From assembly GCA_032161105.1 (NCBI GenBank), contig JAVHTD010000003.1: a stretch of DNA of 64,000 nt; one strand, given 5' to 3'. This document shows positions 26,703 through 37,448 of the stretch, piece by piece. Source of the DNA: Candidatus Thermosaccharophagus tengchongensis. Lineage in GTDB: Bacteria > Armatimonadota > Fervidibacteria > Fervidibacterales > Thermosaccharophagaceae. Position 1 is the stretch's first letter. Each line of letters opens with the position of its first letter. The position numbers and the translations under genes are program-made. The notes under the pieces are model-generated. The model had not been told where the DNA came from, did no database searches, and was given only the letters and a program-made list of their open reading frames with translations.

Positions 26703-28709
26703 GTGAGAGGGATGCGCCTTCCGTTGCTCACAGCTGCGCTCAGTTTGATTTGCGTATCCGCCTACACTGCGCCATCAGCCGGCGATGCGGGCTCGCAAGC
26801 ATTCGTGTTAATGCAGCTTGGCGAGATTGGGGCAGCAGCGAAGGCGCTTATTGACTCCAGCAATCCTGATGATGTAATGTGGCGTGCTGCAGCTGCCATC
26901 ACCTGTCTCTCTGCGGGCGAGTTTAGCGGGGCTTACAAAATTGCCCTATCAGCGCTTGAGCATTGCCATGATGAAACTTTGATGCTCGCTGCAGCGCTGT
27001 CAGCCATAGGGTGCGGGGATGGTGAAGCCGCTGTGCAACTCCTTACACAGCTTGTAGCATCACAACCCAAGCGTCACCAAATCCTCCCAAGGCTCCTGCT
27101 CAACCTTCTCGGAGTGAGCGCAGACGATGGCGATGGGTTTGAGGTGTGCGAAGAGGCTGCCCTCTTTCTTCGCTCGTTCCTATTGATGGAGCGCGGCAAG
27201 TTGGCGCCGGCAAAAGAGTGTTTGCAAAGGTTGAGGGAGAACATCACGAGTAGAATGAAGTCGCCCAATTTTAACTCGGCTGCTATGCTGCGCATCTCGC
27301 TGGCAGCCGTTGGCGGCAGCGTGAGGCTCATTATGTTCACTCCGCACGCTGATGCGCTCCCAAGAGAAACAGTCCAACACATCCTAACAGCAGCACTCGG
27401 CTCAACTGATGCCGTTCACCGAACAGCACCCATACGCCGCGCATCGCCCTTCCTCACGCTCCCACTGGGAGGAAAACCTGGCGGCGATGAGGCAAAGCTT
27501 GTGAGCGGGAAGACCAAAATCAGCGTTGACACATCGGCATTCACCAATGTCTCACATGTGACCTTCTATGTGGACTGCCAACCGAGATACACTGCAACTC
27601 ACCCGCCATTCGTGTGGGAATGGGACACGAGCAATGAGCTGCCGGGGGTCCACACGCTGTCTGTCATTGTCTTTAAGCGCGATGGCTCCGCATGCGCTGC
27701 AAGCAGCCAAAAGGTGTTTGTGGTCACGCCTATTGAGGAGGCAGCTCATGCGAAGGTGAGAGCTTCAAGTGATGTGCCCACTGTGCCAGCCATCAGGAGG
27801 ACATCTGGAGCGAAGAGCACAACCGAATTGACGCAAACCGGGCTTCGCCATACAGCAATGGCTTATGAGATGCAGCAACCCTTCCGCATGCCACCCATAC
27901 GCCTGATTGATGTGGACAGCAACTCCGTTGAACATTTGCTTGGCTTAGTCTATGCCGCCTCGGGAGATTACCATGAGGCATTTCACATCCTCGGAAAGCT
28001 GTATTGGCGCACGCGCAGTGAATCCCTGCTTGGGCAATTGCTAAGGCTGCGCCAAATGATGATCCCGCAATATGCCAACATGCCATTAATCGTAAATTCG
28101 GCTCCCAACAGGGGGAAGGCGGTCGCGCTCACATTTGACGACGGACCAAGACCACCATACACCGAACGAATACTTGAGCTGCTCTCCCGCTACAACGCCA
28201 AAGCTACCTTCTTCGTCGTGGGCGAGATGGTGCAACTTTATCCCGAACTGCTCCGAGCTATAGTCAATGCCGGACATGAAGTCGGCAATCACTCATACAC
28301 TCACACACCTTCAAGGCTGCTGACCAAACACGACATTGATTCCGAGCTGCTGCTCACAGACATAGTCACTTCGGAGACATGCAATATTCATCCGCTGCTC
28401 TTCCGCCCGCCAGGCGGAGGCATATCGGAGCAACTCATCTCGGCGCTATCGGAACAGCGTTACATATGCTCCCTTTGGAACATCAACATAGGCTCATACC
28501 GGGGCACGCCTGCAGAAGTCGCCTCCCGCATGCTCAGCGCTGTAAGGAGCGGCTCTGTAATCTTGATGCACAACGGCATGGATATGAGCGTTGATGTGCT
28601 GCCATACCTGCTTGATGGATTGAGGGCTTTAGGGTATAAAGTCACATCGCTCGGCGAGTTGCTCGGAATAAGCAGCACAAGCTGCGATAGCTTAAAGCAA
28701 CGAAGGTGA
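26703..28709 (+). CDS. Secreted polysaccharide deacetylase (CE4/NodB) with helical and Ig-like N-terminal regions
   Basis: Signal peptide; FYVD...PPFVWEWDT...GVHTL Ig-like domain; TFDDGP, ATFF, NHSYTH, FRPP, LMH motifs. Confidence 0.85.
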   Translation: MRGMRLPLLTAALSLICVSAYTAPSAGDAGSQAFVLMQLGEIGAAAKALIDSSNPDDVMWRAAAAITCLSAGEFSGAYKIALSALEHCHDETLMLAAALSAIGCGDGEAAVQLLTQLVASQPKRHQILPRLLLNLLGVSADDGDGFEVCEEAALFLRSFLLMERGKLAPAKECLQRLRENITSRMKSPNFNSAAMLRISLAAVGGSVRLIMFTPHADALPRETVQHILTAALGSTDAVHRTAPIRRASPFLTLPLGGKPGGDEAKLVSGKTKISVDTSAFTNVSHVTFYVDCQPRYTATHPPFVWEWDTSNELPGVHTLSVIVFKRDGSACAASSQKVFVVTPIEEAAHAKVRASSDVPTVPAIRRTSGAKSTTELTQTGLRHTAMAYEMQQPFRMPPIRLIDVDSNSVEHLLGLVYAASGDYHEAFHILGKLYWRTRSESLLGQLLRLRQMMIPQYANMPLIVNSAPNRGKAVALTFDDGPRPPYTERILELLSRYNAKATFFVVGEMVQLYPELLRAIVNAGHEVGNHSYTHTPSRLLTKHDIDSELLLTDIVTSETCNIHPLLFRPPGGGISEQLISALSEQRYICSLWNINIGSYRGTPAEVASRMLSAVRSGSVILMHNGMDMSVDVLPYLLDGLRALGYKVTSLGELLGISSTSCDSLKQRR

Positions 28710-29434
28710 CAGCCATGCACAAATTTGAGTGTGAATCAATCCCACGGAATGCCGCAAAGACGAGCTGTGCAACTAACTTCACCCTCCTTCTGCTGATGTT
28801 GAGTTCGCCCATCATCACACTGTTTGCCACAACGATATACGAGCGCTCCCTTGCGCATGCAAGCAGCGCCGCAGAGGAAGTGAAGCATCGCCATGCCCTC
28901 AGGAACTATATGCCCATAACATCATTTGCGCATTTCAGCCATGACGCAATGATGGTGCGAGATCAAGCCGTTGATATACTTTGGCTTATGAGCGACCGCT
29001 ATTTTCATGTTGGCGATTATGAGTCGGCAGTCCGAATGCACTATGCGAGCATCGCTCTTGACCCGCAGTTTGTTGAAGCATACTCCGTTGCGGCATGGCT
29101 GCTTGACAGCATGGACAGGACTGAGGAAGCGCTCTCACTTCTTGAGCGCGGCTTTAGCGTTAACAGGTTCTCGTATCAGTTGCCGTTTGACATCGGATTC
29201 ATCCTCACACGCCACAAGAAGTTTGAGGAAGCCGTCAAGTGGTATGAAATTGCGGCGCAGCTTCCGGCGCCATTCTGGGTGAGACACGCCTTGGCACATG
29301 CCTACGAGAAAATTGGCAAGCTGAAGGATGCTTTAAGGGTTTGGGAGATGAGGCTCAAGGAATCGCCGGATGACCCGGTCGTCAAGCGGAATTATGAGCG
29401 TGTCCTCAAGCTGATTGAGGAAAGGATGAGGTGA
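28706..29434 (+). CDS. Tetratricopeptide repeat protein
   Basis: Repeated TPR-like helices (GDYESA..., LDPQFVEAY, LAHAYEKIGK); hydrophobic N-terminus. Confidence 0.75.
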   Translation: MTAMHKFECESIPRNAAKTSCATNFTLLLLMLSSPIITLFATTIYERSLAHASSAAEEVKHRHALRNYMPITSFAHFSHDAMMVRDQAVDILWLMSDRYFHVGDYESAVRMHYASIALDPQFVEAYSVAAWLLDSMDRTEEALSLLERGFSVNRFSYQLPFDIGFILTRHKKFEEAVKWYEIAAQLPAPFWVRHALAHAYEKIGKLKDALRVWEMRLKESPDDPVVKRNYERVLKLIEERMR

Positions 29435-29442
29435 ACTTATAA

Positions 29443-30276
29443 GTGCTGCTCAAGCGAATTAGGGATGTCTTGGAGGAATTGCACCAACATCGCATAAGCG
29501 TTGAAGAGGCGATTGATAAGCTTCGCACGCTCCCATTTGAGGAACTCGGGTTTGCCAAGCTTGACCATCACAGGATATTGAGGCGGGGCTTTCCAGAAGT
29601 TGTGTTCTGTCAGGGCAAAACCGTGGAGCAGGTTAAGGCAATCGTTGAGGCCATGTCAAAAAGTGGCGCATCAGTCCTCGCCACAAGGGCAACGCCGCAA
29701 ATGTATGAGGCAGTTAAAGAAGTCCTACCGCACGCTGAATACCACGAACTCGCACGCATGATTGTCGTTCGCTCCCGTGAGGAGAAGCCGAGAGAGGATG
29801 AATTCGTTCCAACCGTTGCCGTCATATCCGCCGGCACCGCTGATATGCCAATCGCAGAAGAGGCAGCATTAACGGCGGAGCTCTTCGGGATGCGCGTCAT
29901 GCGGATTTACGATGTGGGTGTGGCTGGCTTGCACCGCCTGCTTGACCACAGGCAAGCAATTGAGGAGGCAAACATCATTATCGTCGTCGCCGGGATGGAA
30001 GGGGCGCTTCCAAGTGTAGTCGCTGGTTTAGTTGCGCAGCCCGTCATTGCCGTCCCAACAAGCGTCGGCTATGGGGCGAGTTTTCAAGGGCTTGCCGCAC
30101 TGCTTGCGATGCTCAATTCATGTTCGCCGGGGCTCGTTGTGGTCAACATTGACAACGGCTTTGGTGCTGGCTATTTCGCAGCGCTCGTCGGTGCACACCT
30201 GCGCAAGGCATGGGGCGAGGGCATAAAGAGGGCAGGTCATGTTACTTCACCTGATAGCAACGCCAGCTCCCTTTAG
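29443..30276 (+). CDS. larB: Nickel pincer cofactor biosynthesis protein LarB
   Basis: DHHR..RRGFPEVV, AGTAD, DVGVAGLHRL, AGMEGAL, PTSVGYG, LNSC, VVNIDNGFGA. Confidence 0.92.
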   Translation: MLLKRIRDVLEELHQHRISVEEAIDKLRTLPFEELGFAKLDHHRILRRGFPEVVFCQGKTVEQVKAIVEAMSKSGASVLATRATPQMYEAVKEVLPHAEYHELARMIVVRSREEKPREDEFVPTVAVISAGTADMPIAEEAALTAELFGMRVMRIYDVGVAGLHRLLDHRQAIEEANIIIVVAGMEGALPSVVAGLVAQPVIAVPTSVGYGASFQGLAALLAMLNSCSPGLVVVNIDNGFGAGYFAALVGAHLRKAWGEGIKRAGHVTSPDSNASSL

Positions 30277-31464
30277 TGCTTCATAGAGACGCCTGTATAA
30301 CTCACTCTCAACCTGCGCTGCCTCTTCACCGACGGCACTCACCCAAGCATGGACTTCAAATGAGAGCGCGTCGGCGGAAAGCCTTGTCAACCTCACCCTC
30401 ACTGCCGGCTCGCTCAACACCATTGGGTGTAAGCTGACGGCTTCACGCAGCAATGCTTGAAGTGAATCAATGTCTTCAATGTGCGCTGTGCCAATTGAAA
30501 GCCGAATGCATGATGGGCTATCCTTTGACCATCGCACAACTGGCGCAGTGAGCAGTTGCATGTTTGGGATGATGACCTGCCTATCATCCTGGGCTCGTAT
30601 AACGATGGCTCTCGCCATTATGCGCTCAACCCTCCCAACCTGCCCAGCAACGCTTATCATGTCTCCGACGCGTATGGACTTCTCAGCGAGCAGCAATGCA
30701 CCGCTAATGAGGTTGTTGGCTATCTGCTGCATGCCAAAGCCGAGCCCCAAGCCGAATGCCCCAGCGAAGAACTTGAATGTGGATAAGCTCACACCGAGAA
30801 AATCAAGCGCTATGAGTGCCCCCAATGCAAGCGTGCTGAATTTCGCAACATGCGTGATGATGTGTGCGGCGTGCTCATCAAGCCCGTAGCGGGAGAGGGA
30901 AATCTGATATGCACATCTTGCAATTGTCCCGCTAAGGCGCAAGGAGATGAGGATGACGGCAATGGCGATGAGCACCGACAGGATTGAAACTTTCTGCCCG
31001 CCAATGCTGAGCTGCGGCTCCGAAATGAAAGAACCGACTTTGGGCAGCGTGCCGGAAAGATACATCGCTGTGAGAATGAGGACAAGCGGCAACCAGATTG
31101 TTAGTTCGTATCCCTTTGCGGCTTCGGGTGTGGTGAGCAATTGAATGACCTTTGCGCCGAGCAGATAAACGAGCGCGGCGAAAAGCGCAACAGACCCATA
31201 TGGCATCCAAGCAGCATACTCGCTCCATTCAAAAGCGAGCGAGACACAGTGCGCCAGTGATGCCGCAAGCGCTATCGGAAAGAGGCTCGCGAGCACCCTA
31301 AAAATTGGATGCACAGTTTCAATTGGGTATCGGCGCACGCAAACCCTTACAAGCCATCGCGCTGCCAGATAAGCAAGCAGGGCTATGAGCAGCTGCAACG
31401 CTAACCCAATGAGATGAGGCAACGAACTTTCGCCTATCTGGACTCCCCAACGCACCGCATTCAC
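30247..31464 (-). CDS. MscS-family mechanosensitive channel
   Basis: GAFGLGLGFGMQQIANNLISG, IRVGD, IIPN motifs after several TM helices. Confidence 0.9.
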   Translation of the reverse strand: MNAVRWGVQIGESSLPHLIGLALQLLIALLAYLAARWLVRVCVRRYPIETVHPIFRVLASLFPIALAASLAHCVSLAFEWSEYAAWMPYGSVALFAALVYLLGAKVIQLLTTPEAAKGYELTIWLPLVLILTAMYLSGTLPKVGSFISEPQLSIGGQKVSILSVLIAIAVILISLRLSGTIARCAYQISLSRYGLDEHAAHIITHVAKFSTLALGALIALDFLGVSLSTFKFFAGAFGLGLGFGMQQIANNLISGALLLAEKSIRVGDMISVAGQVGRVERIMARAIVIRAQDDRQVIIPNMQLLTAPVVRWSKDSPSCIRLSIGTAHIEDIDSLQALLREAVSLHPMVLSEPAVRVRLTRLSADALSFEVHAWVSAVGEEAAQVESELYRRLYEALKGAGVAIR

Positions 31465-31856
31465 CTCTCACCAATAGCTTCCGCTAAAGCTCAATTGTAT
31501 TCGCCGAATGGCAAAGGGTGCCAAACGATGCGCACTAAATGTGGGTGAACAGCAAGGCCGGGCTATAAGGTGCATGCTTCACCCGTCGCATCATCTTGCA
31601 CCGCAATCGCTCTCAAAGGATGATGGTTCAAACTCCTTTGTCATGGACGGCTCTGCGCATCCCACTTCACCGCAAAGCGGGATGGTGCTGTCAACCACAT
31701 TAATCATCCCGCGCTACCAGTGAGATGTTCATCAAACCGTAAAGCTGCCTAATGCTGTGCCTAAATGCAACCTGACAAAGCTGGCTACCTGCGAATCTGT
31801 GGGCATACTTTAACCTGTGCCAGTTAAGGCGCTGAACTGCCGGAGGCGATGATGTC

Positions 31857-32945
31857 ATGGGCTCTCATTGCAACATCAGTGGTGCGCATGCAGCAAATGA
31901 TTTTGACACGCTCGCCTTTTCCTTAAGGTTGTATGAGCGTCAACCGCTTAAGCTCTCCTTCAGAGCCTCAAATTTGGATGAGGCGATTGAATGGCAACAC
32001 AAACTGCGCTCGCAATTGCGCAGGCTACTCGGCGGTTTCACGAGGCGCAAGTGCAAGCTTGCATCGAGGACGGTTGAGAGAGCGAACCTTCGCTTCCGAG
32101 CACCTTCGGGCAGGCTCGTTGAATATAGCCGTGAGACCATCGTCTTCAAAAGCCGTGAATGGTTATCGGTGTATGCTTACTACCTCACGCCAAAGGATGC
32201 ACGCACACCATTACCGTGCATCCTATGCCTTCCCGGGCACGGAAGAGGCGTTGATGACATTGTCGGGATAAACCCCGATGGCTCACTGCGTGAAAGCTAT
32301 GGCGGCTATCAAATGGATTTTGCGCTCCAGTGTGTTGAGCACGGATATGCCGCACTCGCAATTGAGCAGCTCGGCTTTGGGCACAGGCGTGATGAGCGTG
32401 CGAGGAAGCAATCACCGGAAACATCCTCATGTCAACCCGCAGCCGGTGCAGCGCTGTTATTCGGTGAGACGATGCTCGGTTGGCGTGTCTACGATGCTAT
32501 GCGCTCGGTTGATTACCTCCTCACGAGGGATGATGTTGATCATGAGCGCATCGCCGTAATGGGCATCTCCGGTGGCGGCGCTACAGCACTCTTCACTGCT
32601 GCAGTTGATGAGCGAATTAAAGCCGCAGTCGTAAGCGGCTACTTCAACACATTCAAGGACAGCATAATGAGCATACCGCATTGCATTGATAACTACATTC
32701 CGGGCATGCTCAAATTCGCCGAGATGTGGGACATAGCCGGCTTGATTGCGCCTCGTGCGCTGTTCATTGAGTCCGGGACCGAGGATTCAATCTTCCCGGT
32801 TGAGGCGACTTTGAGTTCCTACGAACGCCTGAAGCGCATCTACGATGTCTTCAATGCGGGCGACAGAATCGGCATTGAAGTGTTTGAAGGGGAGCACCAA
32901 TTTCACGGAAGAGGTGCGTTTGAATTCCTGCGCAAATGGCTATAG
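31857..32945 (+). CDS. Alpha/beta hydrolase (dienelactone hydrolase / Abhydrolase_7-like)
   Basis: PGHG, GISGGG nucleophile elbow, HCIDNYIPG, IAPR, C-terminal D...H. Confidence 0.85.
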   Translation: MGSHCNISGAHAANDFDTLAFSLRLYERQPLKLSFRASNLDEAIEWQHKLRSQLRRLLGGFTRRKCKLASRTVERANLRFRAPSGRLVEYSRETIVFKSREWLSVYAYYLTPKDARTPLPCILCLPGHGRGVDDIVGINPDGSLRESYGGYQMDFALQCVEHGYAALAIEQLGFGHRRDERARKQSPETSSCQPAAGAALLFGETMLGWRVYDAMRSVDYLLTRDDVDHERIAVMGISGGGATALFTAAVDERIKAAVVSGYFNTFKDSIMSIPHCIDNYIPGMLKFAEMWDIAGLIAPRALFIESGTEDSIFPVEATLSSYERLKRIYDVFNAGDRIGIEVFEGEHQFHGRGAFEFLRKWL

Positions 32946-35462
32946 CCGTATGACAGCAAGCCACCGTGCAATGAGGCATCCGCAAGCGAACGCCATGAAG
33001 GCGCATGCCATAAAGATGCCCAGCGATATAGCCACCGGCTCATACACAATCCAAACTGAGTGATGCCCATCTGGGACGAGCACGCCTCTAAAGGCATAGT
33101 TGGCGATGTGCACTGAAGTTGGCTCACCATCAATGTAGGCTCGCCATCCGGGGTAGAAGGCATCGGAGACGATGAGCATTTGCGTCCCATCGGAATGGAC
33201 TTCAAGCCTGAGTTTATTCAAGCCATCAAACACGATGCGGGCGCTCCCGCGAGATCGCTTTAAGCTGCCACCGGCTGGCTGCCCAAGTTCTCCCATCGGT
33301 TCAACGATGGCTTTGCTGCGCATGCTGACCATGCCAACGGCAGCATCCTTTAAAAACCGCATTGCCTCATTGGGTGAAATTGCAACTTGCCAATCCGTCA
33401 CCATGAACGCCCTTGGCATGACATCGGTGTTTTCGTAAAGCCACATGTCAGCTGCGGGCAGCCTTCGGACATTCCTCGGCTCGCGCTTTGCCACCTCCTC
33501 AATCGGCGCTCCAGAGACGAAGAATTTCACCGATGCCAAGTCAATCAATTGGGAGTCCGGATCGTCAAGTTGGAAGCCGGGCAGGTCTGAATCAATGCAC
33601 TTGAGGAAGTTTGCATAGCGTGCTGTCCAGAGCGAATCGGAGCCTTGCACATCCTTCAATCCGTAGACCATCGGAGTGTTTGAAGGCATCCAATGCTTTA
33701 TTGCATCTGTGCCGATAGCCATGATGCGGTGCTCACCCACATTGGCTTTCACATAGCGCAGGGAATCCGTCCAGAAGAAGACCATGCGCCTGTCGCATGA
33801 TGGATGAAGGTCGTATGCGAACGAGAAAAGGTCAGCGATGGTGAGGCACACTGCAGCTGGCATAAATGCCGCTCTGGTATGGCGCCACAGCGGAAATGCT
33901 AAGACAACACAGCTGAGCAGGAGCAGCAACGCAGCCTTGCAGATTTGCCATTGCTCGTATGCTGCGAGTGGGGATAGCGTTACAACCTCCCAAAAGCTCG
34001 CTGCGCCATATGCGATAACAAACAAAACCGCTGCAATGGTGACGGCGCATGGCACGAGCATCAACCGCATCATATTCGCAGCGTGTGTTCCAACACGCCC
34101 TCCATCATTTGCCACCTGCTTGGCGCCGTCAAAACTGCTCGCCTCAATTATCGCCTGTGCGCCAAGAGCTGCGAGAATCGCGAGGGCAAAATCAAACATA
34201 AGCAATGCCCTTGAGACGCCGACCATTTGACGCACACCCGGCAGCATGCCAAACAGGAAGCATATTGGTGAGCCAACGGCAATCAGGAAGCCAAAGCAAA
34301 GCATTAATACGGCATATGGGCGCACTGGGTGCTTGAATGCGCATCCAACGGACGCGAGCATGAGCGTAATTAACCCGATGTAACCGGTGCGCTCAATAAA
34401 GTTGAACCTCTCAAATGGGCTCCAGTGAGTGCCATCCCTGTAGTTCCCAAAAAAGTGGGGCACGACCAACCTTATCCATTGCTCCGGTTGGAGGCTATTT
34501 GCGAGCACCGCTTCATACCTGAACTCGCCAGCGCGTGTGCTCATCGTTGAAAGCTCAAGTGATGGCAAAAGCTGCGGCGATGAGAGCATGAGAGCAAGCA
34601 GGATCGTTAGCAACGGCACAGCGATGTGAGTCAGCATCGCCTTGAATATTGTGCACCTGCGGCATTGCAGCTCCTTCACCATGCACTGAACGCACCTAAC
34701 GGCTGAGTAGATGGCGAACGAGAGCCACACATAAAATGCAATCTGCATGTGCCCTGCGAGGACCGGCATAGCCATCGTGAGCGATGTTAAGATTGACCAC
34801 GGCAGTGCTGTCACAACTGATGCATCAGAGCCGATACGCCTCAACGCACATTCATGCGCAGCGATTGCAACTGGAAGCCACGCAGCGGTGCAGATTAGCG
34901 TGATGTAATTGAGCCATGCCATAATGAAGCCGCACAGCATAAATGAGCAAGCGCCAATGAGGGCGCACGATGGTCGGATGCCCCAAAGCGAAAGCAGCGC
35001 ATATATGCCCCACCCTGAGATTAGCAAATGGATGAGCGCAAACCATCCAAACGCCGCATCAATTGGGATGATGACGAAGATGATGTTGAGCGGGTAGAAG
35101 ATGGCTGATTGCCCATTGCCGATGAATGTCGTCCCACCGAACATGTATGGATTCCACAATGGCAGGTTGCCATCACGGATGCTCTCGGCATAGAACTTGC
35201 GCCACGGGTAGTATTGCTGAATCACATCAAGCAACGGTGCGTGCACCCGTTTGAACTCGGGGAAAAGCCTATGAGCGTGATAGCGCCAAGGCGTCATGAC
35301 GAGTAAAAGGTCGGCTGGCAGGAAGACCCTCCCGCCGATTAACGAACGGTGAATGAGGGCAACAGCTACGGCGAGGAGCACAAAGAGACATGTTAAGTGT
35401 TTGGCGAGTCGCATTTTTGCATCTCTCACCTTCTTCATCAGGTGCGGCACAAACGCTGTCAC
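32940..35462 (-). CDS. YfhO-family membrane protein (GT-C-like)
   Basis: PLWNPY..GG, FYPL, GH.Q, YIG, PRAF, YPGWRAYIDG...ANYAFRGV motifs. Confidence 0.85.
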   Translation of the reverse strand: MTAFVPHLMKKVRDAKMRLAKHLTCLFVLLAVAVALIHRSLIGGRVFLPADLLLVMTPWRYHAHRLFPEFKRVHAPLLDVIQQYYPWRKFYAESIRDGNLPLWNPYMFGGTTFIGNGQSAIFYPLNIIFVIIPIDAAFGWFALIHLLISGWGIYALLSLWGIRPSCALIGACSFMLCGFIMAWLNYITLICTAAWLPVAIAAHECALRRIGSDASVVTALPWSILTSLTMAMPVLAGHMQIAFYVWLSFAIYSAVRCVQCMVKELQCRRCTIFKAMLTHIAVPLLTILLALMLSSPQLLPSLELSTMSTRAGEFRYEAVLANSLQPEQWIRLVVPHFFGNYRDGTHWSPFERFNFIERTGYIGLITLMLASVGCAFKHPVRPYAVLMLCFGFLIAVGSPICFLFGMLPGVRQMVGVSRALLMFDFALAILAALGAQAIIEASSFDGAKQVANDGGRVGTHAANMMRLMLVPCAVTIAAVLFVIAYGAASFWEVVTLSPLAAYEQWQICKAALLLLLSCVVLAFPLWRHTRAAFMPAAVCLTIADLFSFAYDLHPSCDRRMVFFWTDSLRYVKANVGEHRIMAIGTDAIKHWMPSNTPMVYGLKDVQGSDSLWTARYANFLKCIDSDLPGFQLDDPDSQLIDLASVKFFVSGAPIEEVAKREPRNVRRLPAADMWLYENTDVMPRAFMVTDWQVAISPNEAMRFLKDAAVGMVSMRSKAIVEPMGELGQPAGGSLKRSRGSARIVFDGLNKLRLEVHSDGTQMLIVSDAFYPGWRAYIDGEPTSVHIANYAFRGVLVPDGHHSVWIVYEPVAISLGIFMACAFMAFACGCLIARWLAVIRL

Positions 35463-37198
35463 GGCTCAGGTGTCAATTCCGCAAACGCCTTCAAATCAAC
35501 CCGATATGCCTCATCGCCGCCGACCCTGAACGAGAGCTTGCAAAATGGCGGCAGTGAAACCCTACCGCCGGATATTGCCCGCTCAAAATCGGTGACGAGA
35601 ACGAAGCGCACATTGTGCGTTCTTATCAATGTTGACCACATGGCGAGTTGTGATGGCTCGCCAGTCCACCGGTAGCATTCCGTTAGGATGCGCAGCTTCT
35701 TTGTGAAGTTCAGGGTCTCAGCCCAGTGCCCAATGAAGACCGCCCTGCCGGAGAGTGGTGGAATGTAATTGCCGAGCATTGAGCTACATAAGATGGCGTC
35801 GTCACGCATGCTATTTTCCCGCACCCAGCTGATCAACGATATTTGGCTTTGGGTGAGGTAATACGGCGGTTGGAGCAGCCTCTCAGCGAGCATGTTGTTG
35901 TTTAGGAGCCAGTAGATGTTCAAACCGATGTATGCGCCATTGGATGGGAACATGAGGATGGTGAGCACAGCGACAGCACAGCAGACAGCCTTCGTTGATA
36001 TCCGCCGTTGCGACTTTAATTGAGCTTCAACTGCTGCATAAGCTGCAAGCATGCATAGCGGGATGTGTAAGCCCTCAATTAGCTTCCTCTGAAAGCTCAG
36101 CGGAAGGTGAATGGCAATGAGTGTCCCGATAAGCCACGCCAATGGCATCGGGAGCATGCGCCACCTGTTGCGCACGCCGAGGATGAGACCAATGAGTGAT
36201 AGCGGTGCAAGCAAGCCATATGTTCCGAGGAGTATAAGCGGCGGTGGGGTCAGCGTTTGAGTGAGCGCCTTTTGCTTGAAGGCTATGTCCGCTTTGAAAG
36301 CGATCACTTGAGGGAGCATGCCAATTATGGAGCACAGGCATACGCATACAACTGCGGCTAAGAGGCAAACGGAAACGCGCCGACTGAATGGGACATGCTT
36401 GCAAGCTTTGTCCTCTGAGGCATCCTCAAGTTGCCCCACTTGTAACAACTTCATCCATAGGAGGTGCATTGGATACCAGACGATCAGAACGATGACCATC
36501 GTCAACGCGGCATAGGAATGGGCATTGCCGAGGGCGAGTGATAAAAGTGAGGCGAGTAAAACGCTTCTCCAACTGCCACTGGTGAGGAATGAAGCAAGCG
36601 ATGCCATTAGCCAGACCTGAAATGCATTTCCCAGTGCAGTCAATGGCGCAACGAGCGCTGCAAGGAATGTTATGGCTTCGGGCATGACAAGTTCCTTGCT
36701 CACATCGGCGAATCGCGGCACATTTAAGCCAGCCAAATCCCTGAGCAACCACGCCAGCCAACCGAAGCCCGACGAGAAACAGAGGAACACGATGAACGAA
36801 TGTTTTGATGGCGCAAAATCAAAGTGGTGTGCAGCGAGCCAATATGCGCCAACGCAAAGCAGAGCGACGGCTGCGGTGCGCATAGTTTGGTAGAGCAAAT
36901 GGAGCGGAATCTTTGTAACGGCATGGAGCAAGCCCAACACCAACATGGGAAAGTGAAAAAGGCTGCCGGGATGCCTCTCCGTCGTGTATAAGTCTTTAAA
37001 GGTGATGGCGCCATCTGCAGCCTGTCTCGCCCACATGATGTGAACATTTTGATCGTCCGGGTTGCCCAAGAGCCACATGTATCTCATTCTCGGCGGCGTT
37101 ATTGCGAGCGCAAACAGGTATGGCAGCCATGTAAGGCAGACAAAGATGAGCGTGAAACGGCTTATCCAACGCTTTTCAAGATGGCTCATAATGGGCAC
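35459..37198 (-). CDS. Polytopic membrane protein, putative GT-C-like glycosyltransferase
   Basis: About 12 TM helices; N-terminal loop NPDD, SSGFGW, PEA; C-terminal soluble domain with GNYIP and IGHWAET. Confidence 0.65.
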   Translation of the reverse strand: MPIMSHLEKRWISRFTLIFVCLTWLPYLFALAITPPRMRYMWLLGNPDDQNVHIMWARQAADGAITFKDLYTTERHPGSLFHFPMLVLGLLHAVTKIPLHLLYQTMRTAAVALLCVGAYWLAAHHFDFAPSKHSFIVFLCFSSGFGWLAWLLRDLAGLNVPRFADVSKELVMPEAITFLAALVAPLTALGNAFQVWLMASLASFLTSGSWRSVLLASLLSLALGNAHSYAALTMVIVLIVWYPMHLLWMKLLQVGQLEDASEDKACKHVPFSRRVSVCLLAAVVCVCLCSIIGMLPQVIAFKADIAFKQKALTQTLTPPPLILLGTYGLLAPLSLIGLILGVRNRWRMLPMPLAWLIGTLIAIHLPLSFQRKLIEGLHIPLCMLAAYAAVEAQLKSQRRISTKAVCCAVAVLTILMFPSNGAYIGLNIYWLLNNNMLAERLLQPPYYLTQSQISLISWVRENSMRDDAILCSSMLGNYIPPLSGRAVFIGHWAETLNFTKKLRILTECYRWTGEPSQLAMWSTLIRTHNVRFVLVTDFERAISGGRVSLPPFCKLSFRVGGDEAYRVDLKAFAELTPEP

Positions 37199-37448
37199 AC
37201 CGACTAAGTGGGAGTTTCTGAGAACGGCTTTTTCCCATCGCTAAGCCGTGAGTCACTGCAATTAGGATGACCATCAAGCGACCGTTTGTAAATCGCGCTT
37301 GCAATGTGATGACCACCTTCCAATGACGCGATGTGGACAGCTTATGCTCGTGCTACCGAGTTGGCAGCTTTGATGCTACAATGCACCATTAGCGCATTAG
37401 CTCATTTCATGCCGCAATATCGCAGCGGGCTGACGGGGGTGACTGCGG

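Noticed and set aside
30247..30276. 30-nt convergent overlap of larB and the MscS gene (also a 6-nt overlap at 32940-32945)
   Set aside because: Short tail-to-tail overlaps are common in compact genomes and involve only non-conserved termini.
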